DNA of 63,819 nucleotides, counting the filler, from Chrysochromulina tobinii (taxonomy: Eukaryota), in the NCBI GenBank assembly GCA_001275005.1. It is 5 parts of 5 records of this genome, joined end to end, with 100 filler letters (N's around TTAATTAATTAA, not from the genome) between each part and the next. Parts side by side here need not be neighbours in the genome. Positions count along the whole stretch, not along the records: positions 15,418 to 37,002 come from JWZX01000028.1; 4 more parts are not named here. One strand, 5' to 3'. Position 1 is the first letter of the stretch; each line of letters starts with the position of its first letter. The notes under the pieces were generated by a model. The model saw only the letters and a program-made list of their open reading frames with translations, was not told where the DNA came from and searched no databases. Shown piece by piece: positions 22,103 through 32,762 of this stretch. The position numbers and the translations under genes were made by a program.

Positions 22103-25100
22103 TTAGTCGACGTCCTTGTGCTCACCCTGCTCGAGCAGCCAGTTGGCGGCGCGCGTCATATCATCCGCGTGCGACTGCAGCGCCTTCTCGCACATCCGCG
22201 CCGATGCGCCCGTCACGGCGCGCAGCTGCTTGGCGAGCTCGCGCCGCGCCTTCTCGGGCAGCGCGCGCTTGCTCTCGCCCTTGGTGGCGGCGCCGTGCTG
22301 GGCGGACGCAGTGCTCTCGCCCTTGGTGGTGGCCGCAGCCGGGGGAGCCTCAGCGCGGGCCACCGCGGCGGCCGGGGAGGCGGAAGGGGGCGTGTCGACC
22401 TCGTCCTCGTCCTCCTCCTCCAAGGGCTCCGACGGCACTACCGAGTGCACGCACGTGTACGGCTCGATGTTACCCGAGCGACCATCGGAGGCATCCCAGC
22501 GGTTCTTCTTATCGTCGACTGAGACGCATTGCTCGTTGAGCTGGTCACGCAGGCGGTCGGCTGTCTTGTAGTCGTGGCGCAGGCGCGCCGCCTGCCGCGC
22601 CGCGAGGATCTTGCCCACCTCCTCATCGGAGAGAGTGGACATGATTATCGCGCCCGTGCGCCCGTCGGACGCGTGCCACTTGTTCTCCTTGGCATCGAGG
22701 TACACGCCGTGCTTCTCGAGAGTGTCGCGCAGCACGTCGGCCGTCCTGTAGTCACGCCGCGCCCGTGCCTGCTCCCGCTGCACCAAGATGCGCTCGATCT
22801 CGTCGAGGGGCATCGACTTGGTCACCCCGGAGCGCGCCGCCTTCTGCGCGTGCGCCGCCGAGATGTTGACGGGCCCGATGGGTCCTGAGCGCCCGTCGGC
22901 GGCCTGCCACTTGTTCTCCTTGGTGTCCAGGTGGACGCCGTGCTTCTCAAGCGTCTCGCGAATCTTGTCGGCCGTCTTGTAGTCCAAGGTGAAGCGCGCC
23001 TGCTCGCGCTCCTTGACCATCCGATCAATCTCCTCGTCGGAGAGTGGCGCCGCGCCCCCTTTGGCCGCCTTCTGCGCGTGCAGCTCGGAGACGTTGACGG
23101 CAGTAATCGGCCCCGTGCGCCCGTCGCCCGAGCGCCACGTCTTGTTCTGGTCGTCGAGCGCCACGCCCAGGCGCGAGAGCTGCTCGCGCAGCTTATCTGC
23201 GGTCTCGAAGTCGCGCGCGAAGCGAGCGGTCTCGCGCTTCGTCACCAGAGTGCGCACGCTGTCGTCGGTCGCAGCGCCGCTGACCGCGCTCGCCTTCGGC
23301 TTAGCCGGCGCGACGGCCGCCGCCGCCGCCATGCTCGGCTTGGGGCGCTCGGCGGCCACCACTGGCACGTCGAGCACGGGCCGCCGCACGACCGACGCCC
23401 ATCCCTGGCCGCCGCCGTCCTGAACCGTCGCCGCGGAAGCATTCCTTGCGGCAGCAGCGGCGGCGGCGGCAGCATCGCGCGCGTAGCCGTTGATGGCCGC
23501 CGCGGGCGCGGGTGCGGCGCGCCCGATGGACTGAAGCATCTGATGACCACTGATGACCTCTGATGAGCTCTGATTGCGCCCGATGGACTGAAGCATCTGA
23601 GAGAAGGCATTGGCGGCGATCGCATCCGCGGCGGCCGCGTCGGCCGCCGCGTTCGATCCTTGCGCACGCCGGCCGACAGCGAGGTCCGCGGACGGCAGCA
23701 TCTGCACAGCTGGCTGGTAGGAGCGGCGCAGCGCCGCCTCCTCCTCGGCAAGCTGCTTGATGATGCATCGGCCCACCTGGCGCGCGACCATCTCGACCCC
23801 CACGCGCTGCCGCTCTACGAGCACCTTTTCCTTCTTGAGCTTCGTCCACAGCGTCCACAGCACCTTGAGCAGGTCTGTGAATTGGATGAGGAAGGGGAGG
23901 ATCCAATCGCGAAGGACCGTTGCTGCCGAGGTGCCACCGCCAGGGAGCTTGCCGACGAGGAGCTGCTTGCCGGTGTGCGGCGACGAATCGAGCATGTTCT
24001 TGATCGTCTTGCCGTCGGCGAAATACTTGTTGAGCTTACGGCACACGTCCGAGAGGACGGCCTGCTCCTGCTCCGAGAGAGGGCAGCAATTCGGGAAGCG
24101 CGAGATCAGGTGCGTGTAGATCTCTTCGAGACGTAGGAAGCCGGCGAGGAGCTGCTGCTCGCCCGGCGAGTAGACCATCTGGTAAATCGACGGCTGGCAC
24201 AGCGCCGTCTTGTACACCGTCTGGAACTGGAGGAGCAGGTTGAGCTGCAGCCACTCGGCCCGGTCGGCGGCGGTCGCGTCGTCCGACGGGTAGGTCATGG
24301 CGCGCTGCATCGAGCCGCTCACCTCCTCAGCGGTCACGCCGGCGAGCGCGTGGAGCACTTGCAGCGTGTGCAGCAGCAGCGGCTGGAAGAGCAGCACGCG
24401 CGCCGCGTGCGCGATCTGCGCCACAAATGCCAACATGTCGGGTCCTGTCTTCCCAAGCCCCATTTGGAGCCCCGTCTGCACGCGCTGTAACCACGTGAGC
24501 AGTTGCATGTGCTGGAGCACGAGGAGCTCATACTTGGAGCGCTTGAAGTGAGGCGACTGCAGGTACGCCTCGCTCAGGTGCGTGTGGATCGCATTGATCA
24601 CCTCCTCGAGCGAGTGCAGATGCTGCACAAAGGAGGCCAGGTCGCACTGCACCGGCGGGCCGTTGATGAGCTTCAGCGGCCCTGGTACCTCCATCGCGAG
24701 GTTGAGCAGCGCCCGCACGGTGTTGGCGAACGGATGCTCCTTCCGCAGGCTCCCCACGCGCTCGATGAGCTGCCCGAGCGACGCGGTCAGGCTCTGCAGC
24801 TCGAGGGGCTTATCGAACTCGTGGAGCAACGCGCCGTCCTCGGGCGCTGGCGGCGGCTCGTCGACCAGATCGCTCGACGTGGCGATCTCGGCGAGGCAGC
24901 CGAGGAGGCGCTCGTGCGACCACGCATCCTCAGGCAGCACGATCGCGTCTTGCTCGAGCGCGAGAGTGAGCGGGCTGAGCGGCGCCAGCGCGCCTGCGAA
25001 CATGAGGGAGGGCAAGCTGCGTCAGCCCCATCCCAGCAGCGGCTGCGTCGCTGCGTCGCTGCACGAGCGCGCCTTGCGCTCGCGCGGAGGGCAGGCAGCC

Positions 25101-25505
25101 GGCGGTGCGCTGCGCCCACCTTTCAGAAGGGCGAACGTGAGCCCAGTGCCCAGCCGCATGTCCGACAGCGCCTTGGCCGCGCACTGCTGCACAGCAGGCT
25201 GCTGCACCATGCCGTCGATGGTCTGCTTGATCACGTCGCACATAACCACCTGCGGGCAGAGGTTGCGAGGCGCGCGCGCTCAGCGCCTGGGGCGTCAGAG
25301 CAGCCGGGCCGAGGTGCTGCTGTGTTCAGCTGCCAGGCACGCTGCGTACATGCGACTGCCGAAGCAGCGGATTGGCAGCGACCGCCTCCAGCATGCTGAC
25401 CATGTCGACCGGCGCCGCGAGCAGCGGAGCCGCGGCGACTGCGGTGTCATCTGCGTCACCTACGGCAGCACGGCCGTTGCGACGTCCTCCACGCGAGCCG
25501 CCCAT
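22103..25505 (-). CDS. large protein with 4x CysRS C-terminal-like repeats and C-terminal EF-Ts-type UBA; exons 25505-25350, 25249-25120, 24993-22103
   Basis: Two GT-AG introns give a continuous 1058-aa frame. Repeats have the pattern I..LV.ERE.AR...DY.TAD.LR..L...GV..D....W...DGR.G. C-terminus is LAKQLRAVTGASARMCEKALQSHADDMTRAANWLLEQG. Confidence 0.8.
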
Positions 25506-25593
25506 GTCGGCTAGTCTCTCTGAGTCAGGCACACAGTGCTGAGCGCCGGCTTCGCGGGCCGAGAGTATTGTGGTGCGTGAGGGCCCCAAACTC

Positions 25594-27159
25594 ATGATTA
25601 CCGGTACAAGTATGATGGCGCCTTCAAACTCATCGTCGCCGAACTCATCGTCGCCGAACTCAGCGCATCCGACCACGCCGCCGCCGGCCGAGCCTCAGAC
25701 GCCTACCTCGAGCCTCGACAACAGCCCAAACTCGGCGGGATCGCCATCGTATAGGCATGCGTCAAACCGGCGAAGGCCCAACCTCAAGCTGACGGTGCCA
25801 CAGCCCGAGTCGCCGCCCATCCAGCGCTTGCTCCCTCGCACATACGGCGACCCCTTCGGCTCGCCGTGCGCATCTACGCCGCCGCCTCTGGGCACCATGT
25901 CCACCAGCGGCGGCGGCACAGCGAGCCACAAGTATGTTGAGTCACCCGCCAGCAAGGGTGCCGTCACGCCCACGTCACGGCCGTTGACGCCGGGTTCGGC
26001 GCCGCGGCCGGACAGCGCAGAATCGCCGTGGCTTTCGAGTGTCGGCACGATCACCCCGTCGCCAACGCCTCGCAAGCTGCTCGAGCGTAGGCTCACACCC
26101 GATCAGCTCCTCTCGCCGGTGGCGCCGCTGCTCTCGCCAGTGCCAGTGGCCATCGACATGCCCTCGCCCTCCTTCGATCCGCTGCTCGAGCACTTCCTGC
26201 GCCCGCTCGACGAGCATACGATGTGCGCGTGCTTGCTCGAGCGCGCGGCGCGTGGCAAGGCGTTCCGGATGCTGCTCGAGGATGGTAACGTGTTGCTGCT
26301 GCTCGCTGAGCGGCGCTACCGCGACTTTGAGATCGCCGCCTCCGACGGCAGCCGCATCGCGACGCTCCACCGCGCGCACCACGGCCGATTTGTGCTCCGG
26401 CGCGCCACCATGTCCGGCTCGGCCCTGCCCGAGCTCGCCGCGATCGTGTTGGATGAGTGCGAGGTGGCCAACGCTCCCTCGCGCCCTCGCCTTAACCACA
26501 TGCGGCTTGTCGCGGGACGGTGGGGCACGCCGCCACTCGGTGCCCTCGGCATTGGCGCCGAAGCGAGCCCCCGCGCCCGACCCGATGCGGACAATGCCAG
26601 TGCCACCGCTGCCGGGGAGAGCCACTGCCGCACAAGCCAGATCGATCTGAGATCGCCGAGATCGTCCTCAGATCTGAGATCGCCGAGATCGTCCTCAGAT
26701 CTGAGCATCGCGATGGACGGGCTGGCCCTTGCGCAGTCGGAGGCGGCCGTGGTCGCGGCGGGGCTCGGCGGCGGCCCTCTGTACTCGAGAGCCATCGGCC
26801 GGTCGGCCGGCGAGTTGCTCGCCGCGCTCGCCGACGGCGCTCCGCCACCCTCACCCTCTCTCCTCGTGCTCGAGTCGCGCCTGCCCACCTGGGACGAGAA
26901 CGCGAGCTTGCTCACCCTCGATTTCCCGCCGGATCGCGCCTCGCTCGCCTCCGTTCAAAACTTCCAACTGGTGCCCTTGGGGGGCGAGGCCGCCGCCGCC
27001 GCCGCCGCCGCGCAGGACAGCCTCGCCTTCAGCGCGGCGCTCGTGCATGGGTTGATCGGCGAGGCGGCCGGACTCGACACCTTCTCGCTCGACGTGCGCC
27101 CGCCGCTCTCGCCGCTCCTTGCCTTTGCAGCTTGCCTCGCCGCCCAAGATTGGGCATAG
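25594..27159 (+). CDS. tubby-like (Tub domain) protein with Ser/Pro-rich N-terminus
   Basis: LESRLPTWDE..LTLDF..RASLASVQNFQLV ... FSLDVRPPLSPLLAFAACL matches the tubby C-terminus. Confidence 0.8.
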   Translation: MITGTSMMAPSNSSSPNSSSPNSAHPTTPPPAEPQTPTSSLDNSPNSAGSPSYRHASNRRRPNLKLTVPQPESPPIQRLLPRTYGDPFGSPCASTPPPLGTMSTSGGGTASHKYVESPASKGAVTPTSRPLTPGSAPRPDSAESPWLSSVGTITPSPTPRKLLERRLTPDQLLSPVAPLLSPVPVAIDMPSPSFDPLLEHFLRPLDEHTMCACLLERAARGKAFRMLLEDGNVLLLLAERRYRDFEIAASDGSRIATLHRAHHGRFVLRRATMSGSALPELAAIVLDECEVANAPSRPRLNHMRLVAGRWGTPPLGALGIGAEASPRARPDADNASATAAGESHCRTSQIDLRSPRSSSDLRSPRSSSDLSIAMDGLALAQSEAAVVAAGLGGGPLYSRAIGRSAGELLAALADGAPPPSPSLLVLESRLPTWDENASLLTLDFPPDRASLASVQNFQLVPLGGEAAAAAAAAQDSLAFSAALVHGLIGEAAGLDTFSLDVRPPLSPLLAFAACLAAQDWA

Positions 27160-27452
27160 TTGTAAGGGTAACCGGTTGGGTGCTGGAGAGAGCCATCCTC
27201 CACCTGATTGTGAAAGGCCCCTTGGTCAACATGGTCTTACAGCAATGAAAGGTTTCGCATACATGCAGAGTACACGGTGTCTCGCGTCCCGCGGCCGCCG
27301 CCGCCGGAACACTGATCTACTTTTTTTGCCAGCGACACAAGTTTCGACGCCGCTGTGCGGGGTTATTCATACTGAAGGCTCCCCGCAGCTTCTTCGACCG
27401 TACCAGACCGTACAAAGTACAAAGCTCGAGCGAGGTCGCCTCGTGGCGGAGA

Positions 27453-30400
27453 ATGGCCTTCCTTGCGGCCAAGAACAAGACACACTGGGTGAGCGACACC
27501 AAGGTGACGCACTGCTCGCACTCCGGCTGTGGCAAGCAGTTCAGCACCTTCGTGCGTAAGCACCACTGCCGGAAATGTGGCTATGTCTACTGCGACACGC
27601 ACTCGCAGCGCAGGTTGCGGCTCGATGCTGAGGGCAACCGGTGCACCACTGGGACCAGCGAGCCTGCACGCGTGTGCGACGGCTGTTTTGAGCGCTTGGA
27701 AGCGCCGGCAGTCGAGGTGCCCAAGTCGTCGGCCTCGGTTGCACTCAACGTGGCCGACGCACCCGAGGACCTGGTGCGCCGTGATCGCACGGCCCTCTTT
27801 CTGGCCAAGCGGACCACCTTCAACCGCGAAAATAGGGCCGCAGTGGAAGCGGTCATCCATGCCTACACGGAGCTGCGCATGGACGCAGCCTCAAAGTCGG
27901 CGTCAGTCGTTGGCGGCGTCAAAAAGATGTCGTGGAGGGGCCCATCCGACACGCATGCTACTGGCTGCGAGCTCTGCCGCCGCGGCTTCACACAGATCTT
28001 TCGCAAGCACCACTGCCGCATTTGCAGTCGAGTGGTCTGCGAGAACTGCTCCGCCAACCGTAAGACGTCCGCGGAGCACGGCGGCTTCGTCTATCGCTCG
28101 TGCTTCGAGTGCAACGACAAGCTCGAGCGACATGAGCGTGCGACCGAGTTCAGTCGGATGCGCCAGGCAGCGATGATGTCGCCGTTTGCGACGGCGTTCC
28201 AGACCACCTCAGCCGCTTCGAAGGCCGTGCGCGAGCTCGTGCTCCTCTTCGAGACTCAGGTGATTGCGTCTCTGATTGCATGCTGATTACCTACCTCATC
28301 TTCGAGACTCATGTGATTGCGTCTCTGATTGCATGATGATTACTTTCCTCATCAGGTGACGCAGCTGGGCACTCCCGCGGCTCCCTGATTGCGTCTCTGA
28401 TTGCATGCTGATTACCTCCCTCATCAGGTGACGCAGCTGGGCACTCCCGCGGCTCCCTCGCTCACTTCTTACGAGGACGCGTTCGCGATCAAGGACATGG
28501 TCGAACGTGCGTTCGGATCTCACGTGGATGCCTACAAGAAGTGCATGTCGCTGCGCCTCGAGACGCCGGGAGAGATCAAGACGAGGGACGGCCTCAAGCG
28601 TCAACTCGACCTGCTGCGCCTCGAGTCGGTACCTCGCTATCACGCGCTCAAGCGGCAGCTCGAGCTCAAGCAAGAGCGAAGGCAGACGGCCGCGCAGAGC
28701 GTTGAGGACACGGGCGCCGCCGCTGGCGCCGGCAGTGGCGGCGCCAGCGCACAGCCCTCTGAGGCAGCCTGTGAGACTGGCGGTGCCCCTTCGAGCGGGA
28801 GCGTCGTCGCGAGCGGCGTGAGCGGCGTGAGCGGCGTGAGCAGTACCAGCGGCGCCGGCAGCGGCGGCGCCGTCGCGAGCAGTAGCGGCGGCGCCGTCGT
28901 GAGCAGTAGCGGCGGCGCCGGCGTGAGCGTCTTTGGAGTCGTGGCGGGAGCAGTCGCACAGCGCCTTGCCGAGGCGCAACTCGAGGGCAAGGCGCAGTCA
29001 GCAAAGGCGCTGTTCACGCGGTTCAAGTCCAACATAGGCGGTTCCATCGCCACGAGCGCCGTCTCGAGCGCCGTCTCCCCGACCTCGCCGCCTATCGCCC
29101 AGAGTGGCCCGATGGCCCCGATCTCCCCGCCTGCACACCCTGCACCGCCTGCACCCCCTGCACCCCCTGCACCCCCTGCACCCCCTGCACCCCCTGCACC
29201 GCCGAACGGCACCATGGGCGATGCCGACTCTGCCATCACCCTGGCCGAGGAGCCGGCGCCGATCAAGGCGGGAGGCTCCGATGCTGAGGCGGGCGCCGCA
29301 GCGAAGAAGGCGATCGACGACTCTGGCTACGAGTTCGGTGACTTCACGCGCAGTGCCATCAAGGGCTTTGAGGGGGCCGTGCGCGACACGACTGGCAACA
29401 AGGAGTACAAATTCGGGGACGTTACCAAGACTATGGCCAAGGGCCTCTTTGGAGCCCTCGAAAAGGCAGCCTCCGAAGCCAGGAAGGCGGCACCGCCCAT
29501 GCTACCATTCGACGTCAGCCGACCCACCGATCCATGGGAGACCTCGAGATCGCAGCTCGAGACCTCGAGATCGCAGCTCGAGACCGCCGATCCATGGGCG
29601 ACCTCGAGATCGCAGCTCGAGACCTCGAGATCGCAGCTCGAGACCACCGATCCATGGGCGACCTCATCGGCAGACGTCGGCCGACCCACACAGTCCACGC
29701 CTCCAATCGAGCTGGATGAGTACCTCATCGCCAAGCGCTCCCTCATCGAGCTGTCACGCTCGTCGATGCTCTACGCAAAGCGGCCCCTGGCCGAGGTCGA
29801 AGGGCTCGTGTCCCTGAAGCAGATCCATCTGCAACGAGTGATGCAGGCGTTACAATCCGATCTCGACTGTCGCGCCGACGCGCTGAGCCTCGATCCGAGC
29901 GAGCAGCAGCGCGAGCTCACCGCAGCCATCTACGCCGTCCGTCAGAATGAGACCAGCGCGGCGGAGGCGACCAAAGAGCAGCTGCTCTCGCGGCTGCTCA
30001 GCGTGGTTACCTCCGCCGCGCGCAGCCTGGACGAGGAGATCCCCGCGTGCCACTTTGAACAGGTACGCGTGGCGCTGCATGAGCTGCGCGACGGTCTGCG
30101 GGAGATCTACATCTCGTTCATGGATGAGATGTACTCCGAGCCCAAGGTGGCGCTTCCCACCTCGCAGCCAAAGCCACTGGAGGACGCCAAGCCAGAGCGC
30201 TCGACAGAGCACTCGACGACACCCCCGCCCAAGACGACGCTGGGCGACCCGTGGGATTCTACCTCCACTGATGCGCCCACGACGGCGCCGAACGATGCGT
30301 GGGCATACCGGCCTGCGCCACCCGCGCGCGAGCATGCATGCATGCAGGACCTGCACGAAGCCGTCGCTCCTCCGATGCCCGTGCCGCCACCTGCGGCGTC

Positions 30401-30728
30401 GACGCCGACGCCGCCACCATCCGAGATGGCGGTACCCACGCCGTGGGCGGTGACGAGGGCAGATAAGTCCAAGTACGACTCGATCTTTGAGCAGATGCAG
30501 CCCGAGGACGGCAAGGTGGGCGGCAGCAAGGTGGCGCCCGTGCTCAAGCGTTCGGGGCTCGACCAGGCTGTGCTGCGCGACATCTGGTACCTGGTGGACG
30601 TGAACGAGGATGGGCTGCTCGACGCCGACTGGTTCGCAGTCGCCATGCACCTCACCATGAAGACGAAGCGCGGCGAGCCGCTCCCACTGAGCCTGCCGGA
30701 GGCTCTCATACCGCCCTCGTGCCGGTGA
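27453..30728 (+). CDS. 2xFYVE, DPW-motif and EH domain protein; exons 27453-28259, 28428-30728
   Basis: WVSD..RKHHCRKCG..RVC and a second RKHHCR. The phase-0 intron 28260-28427 joins the two ORFs. C-terminal EH domain KYDSIF..GKVGG..LKRSGL..LRDIWYLVD..DGLLD..FAVAMHL..GEPLP. Confidence 0.85.
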
Positions 30729-31408
30729 GGGGGAGGGGGTGACAGCGTGGAGCCCATGCCGCGCCGTGCCCGGGCGCGAGCTAGAGACGCCACGACCGCG
30801 CACCCCGGGCTCAGTACCGATGCGGTTGTTTAGCGTTCCACCGGGGGAACCGGCGACAGGCCATCTAAAGGGCCATCTTTTAGCTAGACGGCGCGACGTT
30901 CACAAGCGTTTTGAAAAGTGTTCAACGCCGATGGATTCACTCATCCTGCACCACCACCCCGCACCTGTCATGCAGACTCACACCGCGGTGCGGACCTGGC
31001 TCCTGGCACATCAAAACTAGGTACTGTGAGATTGCCGCCCGTCGCCTACGCTGAACGCTCGTACCCGCCCTGAATCGTACCCATGACCCAGGCAAATGGC
31101 TTGCACCCCAGAGTGTTGTCTCACGCGCGTCAGTACGCGAAACGATGCGGGGGCGACGCCCCACGCCTCTCGCGGCGGCGCGACCGCGCGACGGCTTCCG
31201 CGGCTGCTAATGCTGCTGCAGCTGCTGCTGACATGTCGCCGTTCTCACGACGACGTCGCCTCGTCAAGCGTGCCGCGGGCGCCTCCGCCCACGCGTCATC
31301 GCTCACGTGCATGGCATGCCGCCGCCGCCGCTACCGCTTCCTACCGAAAGGTTGATTCACACCCCGCTCGCGCTCGGGTGACGAAGCCTCAGAGAGGGTG
31401 ATGCAGCC

Positions 31409-32404
31409 TCAGACAGTCACCTCGTGAGGGCCGGTGCGACGCGAGGGCGTGCGGAAGCTGAAGAATGGCTTGAGCCTCTCTGGCGCGGCCGTCGACTTCT
31501 TCACCTCCTCGTCGGGGATGAACTTGAGCGAATGGATCGAGTCGTGGATCACCTGCTTGTTCGTGTGGCTATTGGCCGCATCCTTCTCCGATTGCTCCTT
31601 GAGCATTTTGCTCTTGGTTTTCAGCGCGGCGGCGGCCTCGGCGCGCTCCTCTTGCGCCTTCTTGCGCGCCGCCTTGGCCGGGTCCATCGAGGTCGCCGCG
31701 TTGATCGCCAGCGCCGACTCCAAATATTCGAGCTCCTGCTCCTTGCGCTGCTTCCGCCACGCCTCTGAAAGTTCTCGCTGCCCGTCGGCATTGTCCCACC
31801 GCTCGTCGACAAAGGCCTTCTTGGCGGCGCGTGTCACGTTGTCCGTAGTCTCCGCCTTGATCTTCTCCACGCGCGCGCGTCGATCGTCTTGCGCCTGCTG
31901 CCGCTGCGCCTCCACAATTGTCTCGTGGTCCTGGCGCTTTGCATGCATCCCATTGACGATGCCTGCATTCTGCGCCTTGAGCGAGCGCATGTTGTTCTGC
32001 GCAGCCTTGATAGTGTACGTCTGCGTGAGTTCGTACCCGTGGTCCTTCCACTTGTTCTGCAGCTCCGTGCGCTGTTTGCGAAGTTGCTCCTCGTGCTGCC
32101 GGATGCTCGACCCAACAGCACCCGCGTGCTCCTTCGCCTTTTGCACCTGACGAGCCGTCTCCCCCATCTGCTCTTTGTACTCTTTTGAGAGAGCGTTGCC
32201 GTGGCTCTTCCACCGCATCTTTTCCTCCAACTTGAACTTCTTCCGCTCCTCCCTCTCCCTGCGGTGCGTCTCTGCCGTGGAGTGGTTGCGATCCTCATGC
32301 GCCCACCGCTGGTAGTCTGCGCGCGTGATGTTCGTGCCGTTGGTCACCGTCGAAGCCGGCGTCAACGTGCCCACCCGCGATGAAGAGAGCACCCCTGTCG
32401 ACAT
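31409..32404 (-). CDS. charged coiled-coil protein
   Basis: 331-aa E/K/R/Q-rich helical ORF with strong codon bias. Confidence 0.75.
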   Translation of the reverse strand: MSTGVLSSSRVGTLTPASTVTNGTNITRADYQRWAHEDRNHSTAETHRREREERKKFKLEEKMRWKSHGNALSKEYKEQMGETARQVQKAKEHAGAVGSSIRQHEEQLRKQRTELQNKWKDHGYELTQTYTIKAAQNNMRSLKAQNAGIVNGMHAKRQDHETIVEAQRQQAQDDRRARVEKIKAETTDNVTRAAKKAFVDERWDNADGQRELSEAWRKQRKEQELEYLESALAINAATSMDPAKAARKKAQEERAEAAAALKTKSKMLKEQSEKDAANSHTNKQVIHDSIHSLKFIPDEEVKKSTAAPERLKPFFSFRTPSRRTGPHEVTV

Positions 32405-32762
32405 CCAGTCTTAAAGCACAGGAAGCTGCGAAAAGAGAGCGCACACACGGCTCGCGACCCACTCCGGGAGCGCAGGTTTTGGAGGAGAAGACGCACGCCG
32501 AAAGTTTGGCACTTTTGGCTGCAACGGCGCGACCGGCATGAAAGAGAGGTTCACACCGAGTGAGGATCTGACTTAGGATCTCCGATTTGCGAAGGGTTGG
32601 GCTCGCCATGAATCGGGAACCTGTATAGGAACGCAAACTTGTGAAGCTCTCACGATACTGAAGGCGGCGCGGGCGGCGGCGCGGCGCGGCGCGCGCTCTG
32701 CAGCCTGCTGTAGCCTGCAGGACCACGGAGGAGGACCAAAACGTGCGTTGGCACTGCCGTGC

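Noticed and set aside
21532..22539. 335-aa plus-strand ORF as a transposase or other gene
   Set aside because: Low-complexity Arg-rich translation with no DDE, RuvC, RT or tyrosine-recombinase motifs; partly antisense to a real gene.
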